Numbered from the whole stretch's first letter, positions 26,407 to 40,857 are shown. The stretch is DNA of 63,936 nt, filler included, from Octopus bimaculoides (GCF_001194135.2; 9 parts of 8 records of this genome joined end to end with filler, not necessarily neighbours in it); one strand, 5' to 3'. Numbers and translations: made by a program. Notes: generated by a model not told the origin, from the letters alone.

Positions 26407-27407
26407 TCAGGCCATTCCATAAGTTCTGTCCGGATTTTGAATAAAAAAAACAAGTGATTAAATGTTATATTTAATTGAAATTTATCATCAATGTACTTTC
26501 CCTGATTATCTATGACTTGTTTCCATCTATTTACAAGCTTTTTAATCCCATCAATATAAAACTCTTTTGGNNNNNNNNNNTCTAATTGCTGACAGTAGAC
26601 TTGAGCATTGATCGTTGCATTAGGTGGTAAACAATGCAAAGTGAATTACTGAGGCACCCATTTTCCAAGTTTAAGAACCTTTCTAAGTTGTTGAAGATGA
26701 CGATGAACAGTTGTGTGGTTTGAACTAAGCTTTATTGCCAATTCTTCAACTGATAATGCAGGATTTTCTTCAAGTAATGCCTCAAGGAGCTTATCATCAA
26801 ATTCAACTGGACGTCCTGTTCGATCTTCATCNNNNNNNNNNNNNNNNNNNNNNNNNNNNNNNNNNNNNNNNNNNNNNNNNNNNNNNNNNNNNNNNNNNNN
26901 NNNNNNNNNNNNNNNNNNNNNNNNNNNNNNNNNNNNNNNNNNNNNNNNNNNNNNNNNNNNNNNNNNNNNNNNNNNNNNNNNNNNNNNNNNNNNNNNNNNN
27001 NNNNNNNNNNNNNNNNNNNNNNNNNNNNNNNNNNNNNNNNNNNNNNNNNNNNAGGCTGAAATCTCCACTTCTGAATTTTGCAAACCATCTTCTGCAAGTT
27101 CTTTCATTCAAGCATTCTTTCCCATAAACTGAGTGTATGTTTCGAGTCGCTTCAGCTTCAGAGTTTCCATTTTTGTACTCATAAAGCATTATGTGCCTTA
27201 AATCCTCTTTGGATACTTCCATGTTAGAAAAGGTTTCAATCAAAGAAATTTTAATTATATTATTCTGTAAAGTAATACTTAATTAGTTTAAATGTTCACA
27301 AATGCATAAAAATAATTTTTAATTCCATTAGACATTCTAAAATACTATTAAATTTCATTCAATTTTAAAAAATGGTAAAATCGGACAGAATTTATGGGAT
27401 GACCTGA
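26407..27407 (-). mobile_element. Mariner transposon, internally deleted, TIRs and TA TSD intact
   Basis: TA|tcaggccattccataagttctgtccg ... cggacagaatttatgggatgacctga|TA; MEVSKEDLRHIMLYEYKNG...RRWFAKFRSGDFS, EDRTGRP, LGKWVP, TINAQVYCQQL, DGIKKLVNRWKQVIDNQGKY. Confidence 0.92.
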
Positions 27408-27428
27408 TACAAATGTACTGTACACGTG

Positions 27429-27648
27429 CGAGAGGTGCTGAAAAGTACCTAGCTTTGAGTAAAAGAAAATACAGGAAGATCAGCTAATTATGATTTTATT
27501 CATCATATTCCCCTCTCAGATTCACATACTTATTGCAGCGGTCCTTCAGTTTTTCTATGCCTTGTAAAAGAACTCGGAAGGTTGGGTCTCCAACCAGGCT
27601 CTTGGCGACTTCCTTAAAGCCAGGAACTTTTCAGCGCGCGCCCCCTCG
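27429..27648. mobile_element. Mariner-derived MITE (about 220 bp)
   Basis: cgagaggtgctgaaaagtacctagcttt pairs with aaagccaggaacttttcagcgcgcgccccctcg|TA. Confidence 0.8.
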
Positions 27649-28074
27649 TACATATATACACACGTACAGACAGGCATACAAATTGATATAGACTATGTCA
27701 ATAATATAAGTATATCAATAACGCTGAGATAAAATATTTAGATATATATTTACATAAGGAGATATTTATGAAGTAGGGCAAGGACATGAGAAAACAAAAG
27801 ACGAAATTAAAGCAGATCTTTGTAGGAGTGAATATTTTCCTTTACCCTTTGCCTTCTACTTGTTTCAGTCATTAGACTGGAAAGACGTATCGTACAAAAA
27901 AATGCCCTCAACCGTTCGCCCTCGTTTTTGTCGTTTTCTGACCAACGGAATCTAATTTTCCCATAAGAATGGGAATAGCAAGCTCCCTAGTCTGGTCAGC
28001 TGTTTGGGGTGGGGGACAAGGTACGACGGTCAGCCAGCTGTACACCACCGAGGCTTTGTAAGGTCAGCAATTTT

Positions 28075-28262
28075 AGGGTAACGGGTTTAGTCGACTACAT
28101 CGACCCCAATTCTCGACTGTTTTAGCGACCCTGAGAGGATGAAAAACAAAATTAACTTCGGAGTTATTTTAACTCAGGATATAATGAGCCGGAAGAAATA
28201 CACTGAAGCATTTTTTCCGACGCTCAACGTTTCTTTCAATTCACCCAAAATTCGCCCAGCAA
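28075..28262 (-). mobile_element. SINE family B, diverged
   Basis: agtcgactacatcgacccc...gaggatgaaaaacaaaattaacttcggag...aactcagg. Confidence 0.7.
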
Positions 28263-30062
28263 TTTTAAAGGGGAGAATGTCATTTAATAGCCTCGACTTG
28301 GTTGGTACTTTAGTTTATTCACCCCAAAAACATGAAAATACAAGGTTGTTGTTGTTGTATTTAATGATGATGATGATGATGATAATGGTGGTGGCGGCGG
28401 CGACGATGATGACGATGATGACGATGATGATGATAATGATAATGATGATTTGTATTGTTGGCAGGAAGACACGTTTTGAAGATGGATGTAGTTATGCATA
28501 CGTCAGCATAATGTTTAGTCACAGTTAAGCTCTAACGTAGAAGAAGAACTATGACCAAAGGATTTTCCTACTTTCACCATTCTATCTTTTTATTATTTGA
28601 TTTTTGGATTGATGACATAGTGTATTCATGACCATAATATCTAAAGTATCATTCCCATTTTAAAAAGCAGATAAAGTGTGATTTGAGGATAAGCGGCTAT
28701 TTATACAATAGAGACTTCCATGTAGAGAGCTCTATCATGTATATTATAAATGAGCAGGATTCTCCACTCACACACATGCACGCACACACGCCCATACACA
28801 CACACTCACGTACACACACACACACATGCACATACGTACATGCACACACACACATACATACTCGCACGCATGCACACGCACACACGCATGCATATACATG
28901 TACACTGCACACACACACACACACGTACGCAGATAACACGTACACATACGCAGATAACCTCGGCTTTGGAAATTATTGGCCTAAGCTATGTCTAACTTAA
29001 AACACAAAAAACCACCTGGTGTTATTCATTTAATAACACCACCTGTTATTAAGTCTTTTAAGTCACGTTGTTGAACAACAGAGCTCACAAAAATATGCAT
29101 ATGTTTGTGTACATACATATATCATATATATATNNNNNNNNNNNNNNNNNNNNNNNNNNNNNNNNNNNNNNNNNNNNTTAATTAATTAANNNNNNNNNNN
29201 NNNNNNNNNNNNNNNNNNNNNNNNNNNNNNNNNATATATATATATATATATATACACACATGTATGTAAATATAGATATAAATATGTGTGTGTGTGTAGA
29301 TAGATAGATAGATTGATTCATTGATAGATAAACAGAGGGATTGTTAAATAGCTAGATAAATCGCTACGGATATACGTCTGAATTTTCATCCGTCATATTT
29401 TGCTTCTTTGATCAACGGAACCATGACTCCTTTTGAATTAATGTACGTGGCAGAACACTTCACAGTGATGTTCACTTGTTGCATAATTCCCCTGCAGCAT
29501 CAGCAAGATACAGTATGACAAGTGCAGAGCTTTGAATTATAGATTCAATTCATCGTACGGCTTTACATACTCTGTCAGTCTCTTTTATATGAATCACATT
29601 ACATGGCACTTGTCTATAGTAAATCCTATAAAGCTAGCTGTATAGCATCTTCAACACCGAAGCATCGGAGCAAAGCACGCAATGGCCTCATATTTTAAAT
29701 GCCTACATTAGGCATTTACACATGTCTTCTTTTATGCACTACAGATAGGAATATAAACAATTTAATGATTGCGCATTTCATCTACAGTTAAACAAAATAT
29801 GACTTGATTCTTCAACAAAGATTTCCTTCATGAAAATTACTTATTCGAGCTTATTCGACTTGCTAGATAAAACAGCCAATTATCCGTGATAAAAATTAAA
29901 GCATTTTGACAAAAAATGGCGAAATATATATGGGAGTGATATATGGACCTTTTTTTTTTTTTGAATAATGAGAAACCTGTCAAACTATCATAAACTTCAA
30001 TGTGTAGTATGTGAAACAATGCACTTAAACAATAGCGTGTGTATGCCTCTCGCACACTAGAC

Positions 30063-30105
<43 letters not shown>

Positions 30106-30829
30106 GTATGTACATGATCACATGTATCTGTGGGAGTGGGGGTGTAGGAACGCGCAATCGCATGTTCCCACCTATATTTGTGTGCACGCACGATTCTAAC
30201 ACATGAACACGCTAGTAAGTTTGTCGATGTCCAGTTTCCATTTTGTGTTGTAACTGTTGAATATGTTCTTTATACCAGCATTATTAAATATATATTTTAT
30301 CCTTAATTGTATTCTTAGATGAACTTTTCTGTTCTTTTTTTTTTCGTTAATTGTTTATCTAGAAACTGAATCTGTGGAGCTAGATGAGGATGAGAAAAAC
30401 CCATCTCCTTAAAAGCGCGTTCAATTTTTTATTTATTCATCATACTTCATAATATATGTCTGTGTATTTTTCTGTATACTATTGTGATCTGCAAGTAAAG
30501 GGATTCAATGAGATATATGCTGGTGTTGAAAGCTTTTGCAAAATTTTATAGAATTTTCTGAGATATTTTTCAGCAACAATAATTAAGTATAACTTTCATA
30601 GAATCTTTCTTTCTCAATTATATTCCAACCACAAGAAAGTTATCAGATTTTCACTAATTTACTCTTCAAATATTCTATCGAAATCAAATGTTATATTCCT
30701 TCTATAAATTATAAATAAAACGTTGCAAACATTTCAATTGATGCAGATGCTTTCATTGCTAAAGACCCGGAAGTAGCAATTGTCAGGTGTCATGGGACAA
30801 CCGCACACACAATGATGAGGCAATGATGA

Positions 30830-31075
30830 CCAAGTGGAGGTGCATAGCTTAGTAGTAAGGGTGTTAGACTATGAACGTAAGACTGTGGTTTTGATTCCGG
30901 AAACTGGTGATGCGTTCTGTTTTGAGATAAAACACTTCCGTTCACGTTACTCCAGAGAGTAATCCTAGGACAGACAGGAGTCCCGTCCAGATGAGGAACT
31001 TATAGGCCATAGAATCCGCGAAACGGGCCTTTATGAATCGACATGACTCGAGAAAACCAAACCTTAATCTGATCT
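30830..31075 (+). mobile_element. SINE family C-like, diverged
   Basis: ggtgcatagcttagtagtaagggtgttagac...gtggttttgattccgg...aacacttccgttcacgttactccag, a decayed tRNA head plus CORE-like segment. Confidence 0.6.
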
Positions 31076-31675
31076 CGCAACCCATTAGAAACAGCAATTG
31101 AATTTCATTTAAAGATATGCATAAAAGTTGAATTTAAAAAAAGTACTTTTTAATATTGACGCACTGTCTTCTTCTTTCTCTCTCTCTCACGCTTAACATA
31201 ACTACCTTCTTTCTCCATCACTCTATCTACCTTTCCCACGTAATAAATATTCCTTCCCCCATCCCACTACACATCGTTAACACTTCTCTCTCCCTCTTTT
31301 TCTCTCGTCGATTTTTTTCTCTCATTCGTTGCCTCTGCCTTGAGCTGACCACATGACCGTTTGGCTTAACTGTGCTAATATTAATCACCTGTCTCTACTT
31401 CTTCCTCTCTTCTATCTGCACTACTCCCCCTCTCTCATTCTCAATCCACCTCTCACTCACACTACCTCCCCCTTTCTAACTAATTATAACGGGCAAACGA
31501 ACAGGTTATTATATAGATGAGAATCACTCAAGGCACTAATCTCTATTTTTTTATATTTATTCTGTATACTTTATGATGAGGATGATGAGGATGATGATGA
31601 TAACAACAACAATAAAAATAATAATGCTTTCACAACTGGCACTAATAAATAGTAATAGAAAGTAGAAGAAATAGC

Positions 31676-31730
31676 TGAGGAAGAAGAAGAAGAGAAGAAG
31701 AATAAGAGAAGAAGAAGAAGATGAAGAAAA

Positions 31731-31761
<31 letters not shown>

Positions 31762-31905
31762 AAGAAGAAGAAGAAGAAGAAGAAGAAGAAGAAGAAGAAG
31801 AAGAAGAAGAAGAAAAAGAAGAAGAAGAAGAAGAAGAAGAGGAGGAGGAGGAGGAGGAAAAAGAATGAGAACAAGAAGAAAAGTAAGAAAACAAAGAACA
31901 TGAAT
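31676..31905 (+). repeat. (GAA)n/(GAG)n polypurine microsatellite
   Basis: Long gaa run from about 31730 to 31840 inside an almost purely purine tract. Confidence 0.95.
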
Positions 31906-32473
31906 TTGAAGAAACAATGCCTCTTAACACTGTATTCTAAGATCAATATCTCCATAGCTATTGATGTTTAAATATGTAGAAGTGTTAATAATATCTGAGC
32001 TTCAATTGTTTTTGGAATTGGAAAATATTTTGATACTGATTTCTTCCTGCAGGTCTGCTAGGAAATCTCTCGTAGGTGGTAAAAATATAGAAGACCGCCA
32101 AAAAAAAAAAAAGCATATATATGTTAAGGAGAATCTAGCGGAAATGGTAATCGAAATAGGAATCAGTGCCCGATATCAAGAGCCTATTATATTTTGTTTC
32201 TTCATTATTCACTTACGATCATTGAGTGTGTGTCGCATCATTTTAGGATTTCGATAAACTGTAGTATATGGAAAAGAATACAAGAAATAATGGGAAGAAT
32301 CGGATGCCATTTTATTGTGCGCTGAATTCAATGCAATGGCTTATTGCAGGTCTTGGTATCATCGTGGTTTTATGTATTTGTTTGAAGCCACTGAACATCA
32401 GATATGTCACATTGGTTTACTAACGAACAATGAAGAATATATATAAATGTATATGCAAATAAATGAGTGAGAA

Positions 32474-32940
32474 AAGGCGGCGAGCTGGTAGAAACGTTAG
32501 CACTCTGGGGGAAATGCTTCGCGGTATTTCGTCTGCCGCTACGTGCTGAGTTCAAATTTTGCCGAGGTCGACTATGCCTTTCATCCATTCGGGGGTCGAT
32601 TAAAAAAAATACCAGTTACGCACTAGGGTCAATATAATTGACTTAATCCCTTTGTCTGTTCTTGTTTGTCCCCTCTGTGTGTAGCCCTCATGTGAGCAGT
32701 AAAGACGTAAGAAATGTTAGCATGCCGGGCGTAATGCATAGCGGTATTTCGTCTGTTTTTACATTCTGATTTCAAATTCCTCCGAGGCCGACCTTGCCTT
32801 TCATCCTCCCGAGTTCAATAGATGAAGTACCAGTTGTGCACTAGTGTTGACCTAATCGACTAGCCCCTCTCCAAAATTTCAGGCCTTGTGCCTTGAGTAG
32901 AAAAGAATATTTTGTCATCAAGGTGGTGAGCTGGCAGAAT
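32474..32940 (+). mobile_element. Tandem SINE family B copies
   Basis: aaggcggcgagctggtagaaacgttagc...GAGTTCAAATT (B box)...gtcgac; a second copy starts at about 32713 and a third head at about 32922. Confidence 0.88.
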
Positions 32941-35900
32941 AAATAATATATGTGTGAGAGTGTCTGCATGCGAGCGTGCATCTGTCTATCATGTCTGCAT
33001 CTTCTATTTGCCTGTATATATAAGGTAATATCAAATGATTGTCTTGAAATCATAAACTAGTTCTGATTTAATATTCCAATGAAATGTGTTAGTATCTTCG
33101 TTTAAAATGCTCAAAAATTTGATTAGAGCAATACATTTCCTAAATTCATATTTAATTATATTTCAAAAGTATCACAGTTTTACCACAAACTGGGAACGGT
33201 GTTCATTTTTTCACAGAAGTTATTCTTTATTAGGTGACTTTTCCTCAGAATTTATCCATTAGAATTCCATTTCATAAAGTATGAATTATAGTGGTCACAC
33301 GCTTTTCTTCATACAAAATTTTCTTCCAGGGTGCATGTCTATCGTATCTTAATGTCAGTTGCGTGTTGCGAAATAATCATTCGACTCTTTGAAGAGTAAT
33401 GTAGCATGGATGCATTTTCTGCCGTTATGTCCTACATTGTTTTGTGCTCCCTGTTCTTGGTACAAAGGGAACTCACGAGTGAATGTTACATTCTGCTTGC
33501 CTTACTACGCCTGAAATGAGCAGTGGATACTTCTATTTTCAAAGCCCATGTTCATTGTATTTTATTATAATAGAATGCAGGATGCAGGCGTATTAGAAAG
33601 TAACATCCCTAATTAAACTATATATACTAATCTGTAACAAACGGTTATTGTTCTCCAAAGTATAATACTTTGAATGATGTTGATATCGAAATATTTCGAT
33701 GTTGCACCAAATCTTTGCCATTACAATATTTCTGAGGTCAACCATCTTCGTATTATGTCGTGAACACAATTCGATTCTGTTGATTAAACATGTCTATTAT
33801 ATTTTGTGCATCTATGCTAATCAATAAAATGAAAAGAGATAATATGTACATTTCCCCTCTTATTGTATGTTAGATTTATGTTACTAGTGTAGTGCTGGCT
33901 ATTCAAAGACGCGCGGTGCAAATCCATTTGATCCATCTTTTTAGCCGGTAAATTGATTTATATTCGGTTATATGAAAAATTTGCTGAATACAAAATATAT
34001 TGAGTTCACAAGAGACAGAAATAAATTATACTAAGGTGAGTTCACGTATCCTGGTTATGTTAAAATGAAAATTTGATGTGCGTACATTTCAATTCATTAC
34101 TATGATTGAGATTCCACAACGTGAACGTGATTGCACTGAGTCTCTGAATACGAATTCCTTTTACAGATTGAAAAAGAGAATAAAAGTATATTTCTATTTC
34201 ATTACGAACATTTTAAGTGCAAAGTACTTTTCCAAAAGCAAGGGCAATACAAGAAATGAATGTGCTGAATATTTAATGTGTTCAGGATTGAAATCTGTGT
34301 AATGACAAATTATTGTCCATGCTATAGTTTACCGGATTGACAGAAAAGCACGTGGCACTCAGATTGATTCCTACGGTTACAAGTAGAGAAAACCGGTATA
34401 AATGCATCTTAGAAAATCCCTTGCTTTTGGCATGTTTCTTGCTTTATTTCAACTGATTAGAAGTAATAACAAGGTTAGTTTAACGCTCATTACCAATGCC
34501 TAGCCCTTACTGCGTGTGATGTCAGTTATAGTGCATTGAAGACATGGCTCTCAAAATGTAAATGTCTATATGACCATATCGTTTTCATTATCTTTATATT
34601 CATTAAGACATAGAAAGAAGCAATTCATGTAATAACAGGTTATCATAAGAATGCAAACGGCAATAACATAATATGTGCAATGTTTTCAGACGTGATCAAT
34701 ATATATTTTGGTGTAGAAAATTCCTGTAAAGGAGATGCGTACCTCCTCTAATCGAAATAGTAAACTCCAAAATGTGTCATTAATACTGACCTTCCTCCTG
34801 AGTAAAAAAACAAATGATCAGAACAACTTGTCCAAAAGTAATTTCCCTTTTGACTCGAGCATTAATTACATATCAAGTACAGCGAACGGACATACGTCTA
34901 TTGTTTCTGCACTCTATATGTAATAAAAAAAATATTTATCTGATCGTCGTTCTATTGGACTATGATATTCAACTTCATGACCAGTATATTGATATATCTT
35001 CTTCCCCTTAAAATGTTATTATTATGATACACTAACGACATGCATCGAATCCTGTTACAAATACTCCACATATTTTCTTATTTCAAATGACTTTTAAGTC
35101 CACCTCTAGTGATTAATTATTGTACTTCAATTCTATTAGATGTCTTTATTAACAATATCTTTTAAAGTAAGATGCAATATTACCCACTCCCAATAAAATA
35201 AAACGCATTTCATTGTTCCAACACAGATATATTTTCCTTTCACAACTAATGCTTTACTTTTATTATATCGACAGAAATTAATTTAGCTTCCGTGGCTATT
35301 CACTGTGTCAGTAATGCGTTGATGGTAGAACTGAGGCCGTGGGGGACCAATATATTCCTATATCGCAGACGTGAATTGAATGCTTGTCTGCGTCAACTTC
35401 CTAAGACGCGTTTGATGTGCAAGATGATAGATATAAACTGATTGGGGAATTGAGCCTACCAATTTAGTAGGCCATATTGGAGTTTGGTTTCTGAATGGAA
35501 AGGGCCAAAACAAACATTGCACATCTATTGGTTCCGTAATATTACATGCTTTCCAATCCAAAAGACTGAATCCACATTCTAACAATCAACGCGAGAATGA
35601 AATGTAAATTTTTCATCATCACTTAGTGCTCAATGTATTATGACCATAACGATCTCATTTAGTAGCTGCTGCTTTTAGAATTTACGATTAATGACGCATT
35701 GCGATCATATTTGCATTGATCAAACATTGCAGGAAACAGGTATAATTAATTGAATACACCCTTGTATATACAAGTGTGTGAAAGAGTGAATCGCCCTCGG
35801 TGGAGTTATTTCCTTGGCCTACAATTTTTCAAACAATTATTATAATTTATTTTTAGATTTTATTCCAGCTTAATCACAGGAAATTGACGATTCTGTAAAC

Positions 35901-37737
35901 AGGCTCATTTTAATCAATAAACAACTCTGATTTCAAACTAAAATACAATATCAAAAATAGAATAAAAGCAATGGAGAAATATACGTATTTGTCACCGACC
36001 TGTGATTCAAGATGTCTGATAGTATCGTTTTCTTTGATGTAACCGATGCCCTTCATAACCAAGTCAAGCGCTGAACAAATATATTTCCTTAATTAGATAT
36101 TCAGAATTTAACATACCCCTTCTTTTCGTTGTGTTAATGAATTAGTAGGGAGATACGTTGCTGCATATCAGCCTGGGTGATTGAGAGATATTATATGATG
36201 TCCCTTGGTGGCTCATACGTATGATTCATACCATAAATATTCTGGGAGATATTCATATGCAAATGTTGGTGAATCTGTGCGTAGATCGTGTGTATACGAA
36301 TCAGCAGCGTGCGTTTGAGTGTGTGTGTGTGTCCATGTGCATGTACACATAACACACATGCGCGTTCGCGCACACAATCACTCTCACATATACACATACA
36401 CACACACGTGTGTATGAATGTATGTATGTATGTATGTATTTATGAATGTATCCATTTCTCTATATCTATGTGGGTGTTGTGTGTCTTATTGTAGGATCGA
36501 GTCTCATAAAATATTAATGTATAAATATAAAAGTTATGGCTGACAGATTTAATTCTTTATATTGAAATTCTAAACCAAAAACATCTCCAAAAATCATTCA
36601 GATTCAATTTAGATTTAAATATTTACCAAATCGAATGAAAAGCAAAAATCATTTGAAAACAAAAACCAAACACTTTGAAACATTATGAACCAAAAATAAC
36701 AATACAACCTCTATTACAATTGAGTGAATAGTGATTTGTTATACGTAATATGAAATAAATGTGAATACGTGTTTCTGCTTGGGTGCATACGTAAAGGTTA
36801 TGACACATCTGGTTATCATACTTATTCAGAACAAGCGACAGATCACCCAAGCATCTATCTTAGTAAACAATAAATAAATATTAGAGAAAATAGATTTTTT
36901 TCTTTTATTAATTACTTTTAAAACTGTATTATATTAAATATTGTTTTTCCTATCAAACAGATCAACGAAAGTTGTTAAAGGTAAATTAGAAAGTTTAAGT
37001 TTAATAGGCGAATATTCAGATTGATGCTGTTTCGCTCCGTTAAAAACCCACATGATTAAAAGATGTGAGCACCACAGAGTCATGTTTTCTGTTAGGTGTG
37101 TTCTAGTATGTAGAATATATATTTAGTTGCTGCTTGATTGACAAAACGTTGCATAATACGTTTACACAATAGATCGTGAGAATAAACCCTATTCCAGTTT
37201 CATCACAAATATATACATATCGAGATACATATAGATACATATGAAGGAGGTTCGGCAAATACTGGTCATTCCGTCATTTTATCGGTACATTCCACGCACG
37301 GAACTACATCCGAGGATAAAAATCGTGCACGGGAGTGCAGAAGTTTGGAGAGTTTGAATTAGGGCTTAGTCACCATAAATTCTTAGACCATTTTATGCCG
37401 TTTTAGTTAATGTATCATGGTCACCAGTTATAAGTCAACAGAAGAATACTCCACCGATAAAGCATAAAGGATTTGGCGGAAGACTGACTTATATATGTTT
37501 CATATTAATTCCACCAGTGCCAACGTATACACGTAATATACTATCAAATCCTCATGTCTTCGATCCTCATGTTATATTAATTTTCTATTAATCGCATGCA
37601 AAGTGTAGTTGCGAAAGCGTACACAATTCTGCATTATAACATAGTGTAGGATATGTGGTAGCAAAAGAACGACATGAGAGCACTTATACATTCGTTACAA
37701 TGTTTCTACTAAAACTATACTAAAAGAAACATCGTAC

Positions 37738-37882
37738 CAGGACGAGAGACGCGAGTAGTATTTTGGCAATAAACTTGGATTGGAAACTGGACGATAGCCA
37801 ACGAAAGTGTAAATAATCGTGCAAAAGGCAATAGAAAAAAGATGCCGTAACTTCCCTAAGAAATTGACGTTGTCACCTGGTA
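37738..37882 (-). CDS. Candidate internal coding exon with hydrophobic segment, product unresolved
   Basis: Acceptor ctatttttcAG|, donor |GTacga; only one frame open: PGDNVNFLGKLRHLFSIAFCTIIYTFVGYRPVSNPSLLPKYYSRLSS. Confidence 0.35.
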
Positions 37883-37969
37883 CTGAAAAATAGTAATGCA
37901 AGATTATGTGAAGTAGATAAATGATTGAAGGTAGCGAAATTATATTCCGTTATACTCTATGCGCAAGGA

Positions 37970-38165
37970 TGGAAAAAGTTTTTTTGAGGGAGGCAGTTGA
38001 TTAGATCGACCCCCCCCCCCCAACGCAAATGGTACCTAATTTATCGTACATGAAATGATGAAATCAAAGTCGACCTCGGTGGAAAGTGAACTCAGAACGT
38101 AAAAACAGACGAAATACCGCTAGCCATGTCGCCCAGCGTGCTAACGTTTCTGCCTGCTCGCCTCC
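37970..38165 (-). mobile_element. SINE family B
   Basis: gattagatcgacccc...aagtcgacctcggtgg...gaactcagaacgt...gctaacgtttctgcc.gctcgcc. Confidence 0.82.
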
Positions 38166-40248
38166 TCGATGACAAAATATTCTTTTATGCCCTGGAATGT
38201 TGGGGAGGGGGACAGTCGATTAGATTGATGCCCTAAAAATATGTTGTTTTTGAATTTGCTTTATTTTTCTCTTCAAGATCGATAAATTAATTACCAGTTG
38301 AACACTAGGGTGGCTGGAACCAACTTATCCCCTTCCACGAAACTGCTGCTATTCTACCAAAATATGAAATCATTTAGTAGCTTTGACTAGTCTATCACAC
38401 ATTCGATTATTTACATCCATTTTAGGAATTGAAAAATGATAATCTGAAAATCTTTTTACTGGTTACAAATTCCATTGATCTGCACATCCTTTTGATGCGA
38501 ACACACTTTTCTTGAGGTACCGAAACATAAATTCGTAAACATCAATATTATATCTGTTAGCTTTACAAGTACCGACATCTGAAAAGTACAACAGTATAAA
38601 TGTGTACTTATGTGTTGCGAAATATATTATTCTAACATATATGTTGCTATTCCCGACAGTTAATATTGAATAAAATACACTAAATTGTGTACGCTGAAAC
38701 ACGTACACAATAGAGCACACACATTTTCAGAAACGCACATAGCCAATTTAGATGGGCAAAGAGATAATGAATCCGTTTACTGATAAATGTATTTGAAAAA
38801 TAATATGTTTTTCTGTTATTCTTTTTTCTTTAGCATTCAGTTTATGTTCCGAAGTATGTGGACATTAATTTCCATCAAATTATGAAAACAAACAATTGCA
38901 GAATAATGAAAAATAAACAGAGATACAATACAAATAACTATTTTATATTCAATATCTTAATTGTTTTTAATTATTTGGCAGCAAGACCCAAATAACGAAG
39001 ATATACGAAAATGTAAAAAATAATAATAATAATAATAAATAAATAAATAAATGTATAAACATTTTAATCAAAATGGTGCAAACTTCCAAATTAAATTTAC
39101 GATTAACGTTTATTTGTTTTAGAAATCTCTGTATTAGAAAATGACCGAGGTTAATCAATATGTAAAATAAACTATAACAAAGAAATATGTAAGCTTGCAC
39201 TTCTAAATAAATATGTAAACATCAGTTTTTATCATGTTGAAAAGAAAGAGCATAAATTCCCTGAAAATAATAGCAAAGAAGAGACGAATTACTTGTTTTT
39301 TTTTCTATATTCTGCAGTTAAGAAGTTTACTTCGCTACCGCATGGTTATGTATTCAATCCCACTGCACATCATTTGGTGCAAGTTAATTGTACGGTATAT
39401 CTGATTAAAATATTGCGTGAGTTTCTTGAATTGAAATTGTAACTTAGAATCCTACAAATACTACAACGGATAGTATTGCCTGTATGATTTTGTCAACGGT
39501 AAGATCTGGATTTTCTTATAAATAAATGGCATCAAACTGTAACGTTGGGTTTACAATTATCAGCATGTCTCAATTGCAACATATTTCAGTTCTTTTTCTA
39601 ATCAACTAATTAGCGTGACATTGAAACGATAAGGATAATTTTATTTGATCACATATCAAAAGGAAAGCTTTCAATTATACTTTCATGTTCACCGACGCCT
39701 TTCATGCAGTTTTGGGACAACGGCATTGAACGGAAGTTCGTGCTGAGAATTCTCCCGGTTCGTTGACGAAGAAGTTAATATGAAAACAAAAAACATTTCA
39801 AACGATAAGATCATATCAGAACGCGTATACTATAGAAAAGAATCTACTAATCAGAGAGAGGTGGTTCTTTTAAATAAGGTGAAACTCAATATGGAAACCT
39901 GAGACTTCTACGATGTTTCTTTCACTTTAGCTGTTGTATTTCCAAAAGAGAGATTTCATAATAAATGTCTATGGTATATGTTGCACCTGATTGTAATGTG
40001 TGCATAGTCTTATATATGAAGCGAATATTCAAATACACAAACGAAGAAGTAATTAATACTTTAACAAAATATAGAATTGCTTTACGATAACAACCTCGTT
40101 TTCTTCCTGTAAACGTATGATGCATTACTTGTAGCTCGGAGACAACTTTGTGGCCAAACAATATATTCATGCTTTCGAATTACAATCAGAGTTTTATTTC
40201 AAACTTAATGAAACAAAAACAAAAAAAGAGTATTAGTATATATATATA

Positions 40249-40331
<83 letters not shown>

Positions 40332-40815
40332 GTTTAGACGGGTTTGTTATCTGGACGAATACTGTAGGAGCTCTCAGTTATATTCCAGTTCACGCTTATC
40401 CGGACCCAGTAGTATAGGGGTTTATGACTATTGCGGGTTGTCGCGAAAGCTCTGAAATCCTCCGATGGTTACTTCCGTGTTCACTTCCCTGGACGGTAAT
40501 ATTATCTGTATTGTATATTGACAATAATAATGGCAGTACATCCTGAAGCGCATAGCTGGTTGAAAAACCGTGGATGAAGTTGCACAAAAACTTCTGCCCG
40601 GATCTATGTGCAACAGCCCAGAATTCCAGCGATGGAAACACGTGTAGATCGTCATAAACATAAAAATATGCTCTATTGAATTGTGAAATAAAGGGAAATA
40701 CATTTTGAGGATGTACCTGTCTTCATATGCTCAACTGTCACAATTATTGCTTATATATGCATATATGTGTATAAGCATGCATGCACGCATATCTACATGC
40801 ACGTAAATATATGTA

Positions 40816-40857
<42 letters not shown>

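Noticed and set aside
30980-31030. Hammerhead-like string gtc-cagatgag...gcgaaac
   Set aside because: The core reads CAGAUGA rather than CUGAnGA, there is no stem I, and stem II is poor; it is part of a diverged SINE body.
31721-31903. Poly-Arg, poly-Glu, poly-Ser and poly-Phe ORFs
   Set aside because: They are reading frames of the (GAA)n microsatellite.
40418-40495. Plus-strand GFMTIAGCR resembling the SDR GFxVxAGC motif
   Set aside because: It lies downstream of the ELRPWG segment (wrong order for one gene), lacks the preceding TGxxxGxG, and is preceded by an in-frame stop.
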